The position numbers and the translations under genes were made by a program. The notes under the pieces are model-generated. The model was not told where the DNA came from. It was given only the letters and a program-made list of their open reading frames with translations, and searched no databases. This document shows, in pieces, positions 63,600 through 64,000 of a stretch of 64,000 nt of DNA (its first letter is position 1; each line of letters starts with the position of its first letter). This stretch comes from Isurus oxyrinchus (lineage: Eukaryota), in NCBI GenBank assembly GCA_026770705.1, contig JANJGN010000021.1, positions 80,848,001 to 80,912,000 of the forward strand, given 5' to 3'.

Positions 63600-64000
63600 G
63601 GCAGCATTTCCTTGCACTAATCCAGCAAAATGGAGAGTATTCCATCACATTCCTAACTTGTGCCTGGTAGGTGGTGGACAGGCTTTGAGGAGTCAGGAGA
63701 GTTTTCCCCCTGATTCTTATTGGCTCCAGTTTTGCTAGGGCTCCTTGATGCCACACTTGGTCAAATGCTGCCTTGATGTCAAGGGCAGTCACTCTCACCT
63801 CACTGCTGGGGTTCAGCTCTTTTGTCCATGTTTTAACCAAGGCTGTAAGGAGGTCAGGAGCTGAGTGGCCCTGGCGGAACCCAAACTGGGCATCAGTGAG
63901 CCTGGCTAAGCAAATGCCACTTGATAGCACTGCTGATGATCCCTTCCATCACTTTACTGATGATCGAGAGTAGATTGATGGGGCAGTAATTGGCCAGATT
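63600..64000 (-). mobile_element. Family B LINE RT fragment
   Basis: DAQFGFRQGHSAPDLLTALV..ALDIKAAFDQVWHQGALAKL. Confidence 0.85.

Overview
This is eukaryotic, transposon-dense DNA. The repeat families (CR1/HER1-type LINEs, Deu-domain SINEs, Penelope, Harbinger, Tx1) and the gene sequence point to a cartilaginous fish, probably a shark (inference). The only intact host gene I can support is a 6-exon MHC class II beta chain gene on the + strand: CDS 31745..49129, 819 nt, 272 aa, all introns GT-AG and phase 1. Its promoter has two X1/X2/Y modules, a cluster of inverted CCAAT boxes, a Penelope-derived hairpin insertion between the modules and a histone H2B pseudogene just upstream. The splice donors of exon 1 and exon 2 have each been amplified into tandem arrays (10 and 5 extra donors). 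Several Penelope terminal repeats carry minimal hammerhead-ribozyme motifs, and two near-identical copies flank exon 3 in inverted orientation. The rest is nested, decayed mobile DNA: a Gypsy LTR element in a Harbinger transposase, a CR1 in a CR1 in a Harbinger Myb gene, an internally deleted Tx1, plus L2, RTE and SINE remnants. All calls were made by eye without searches, and boundaries of degenerate repeats are approximate.
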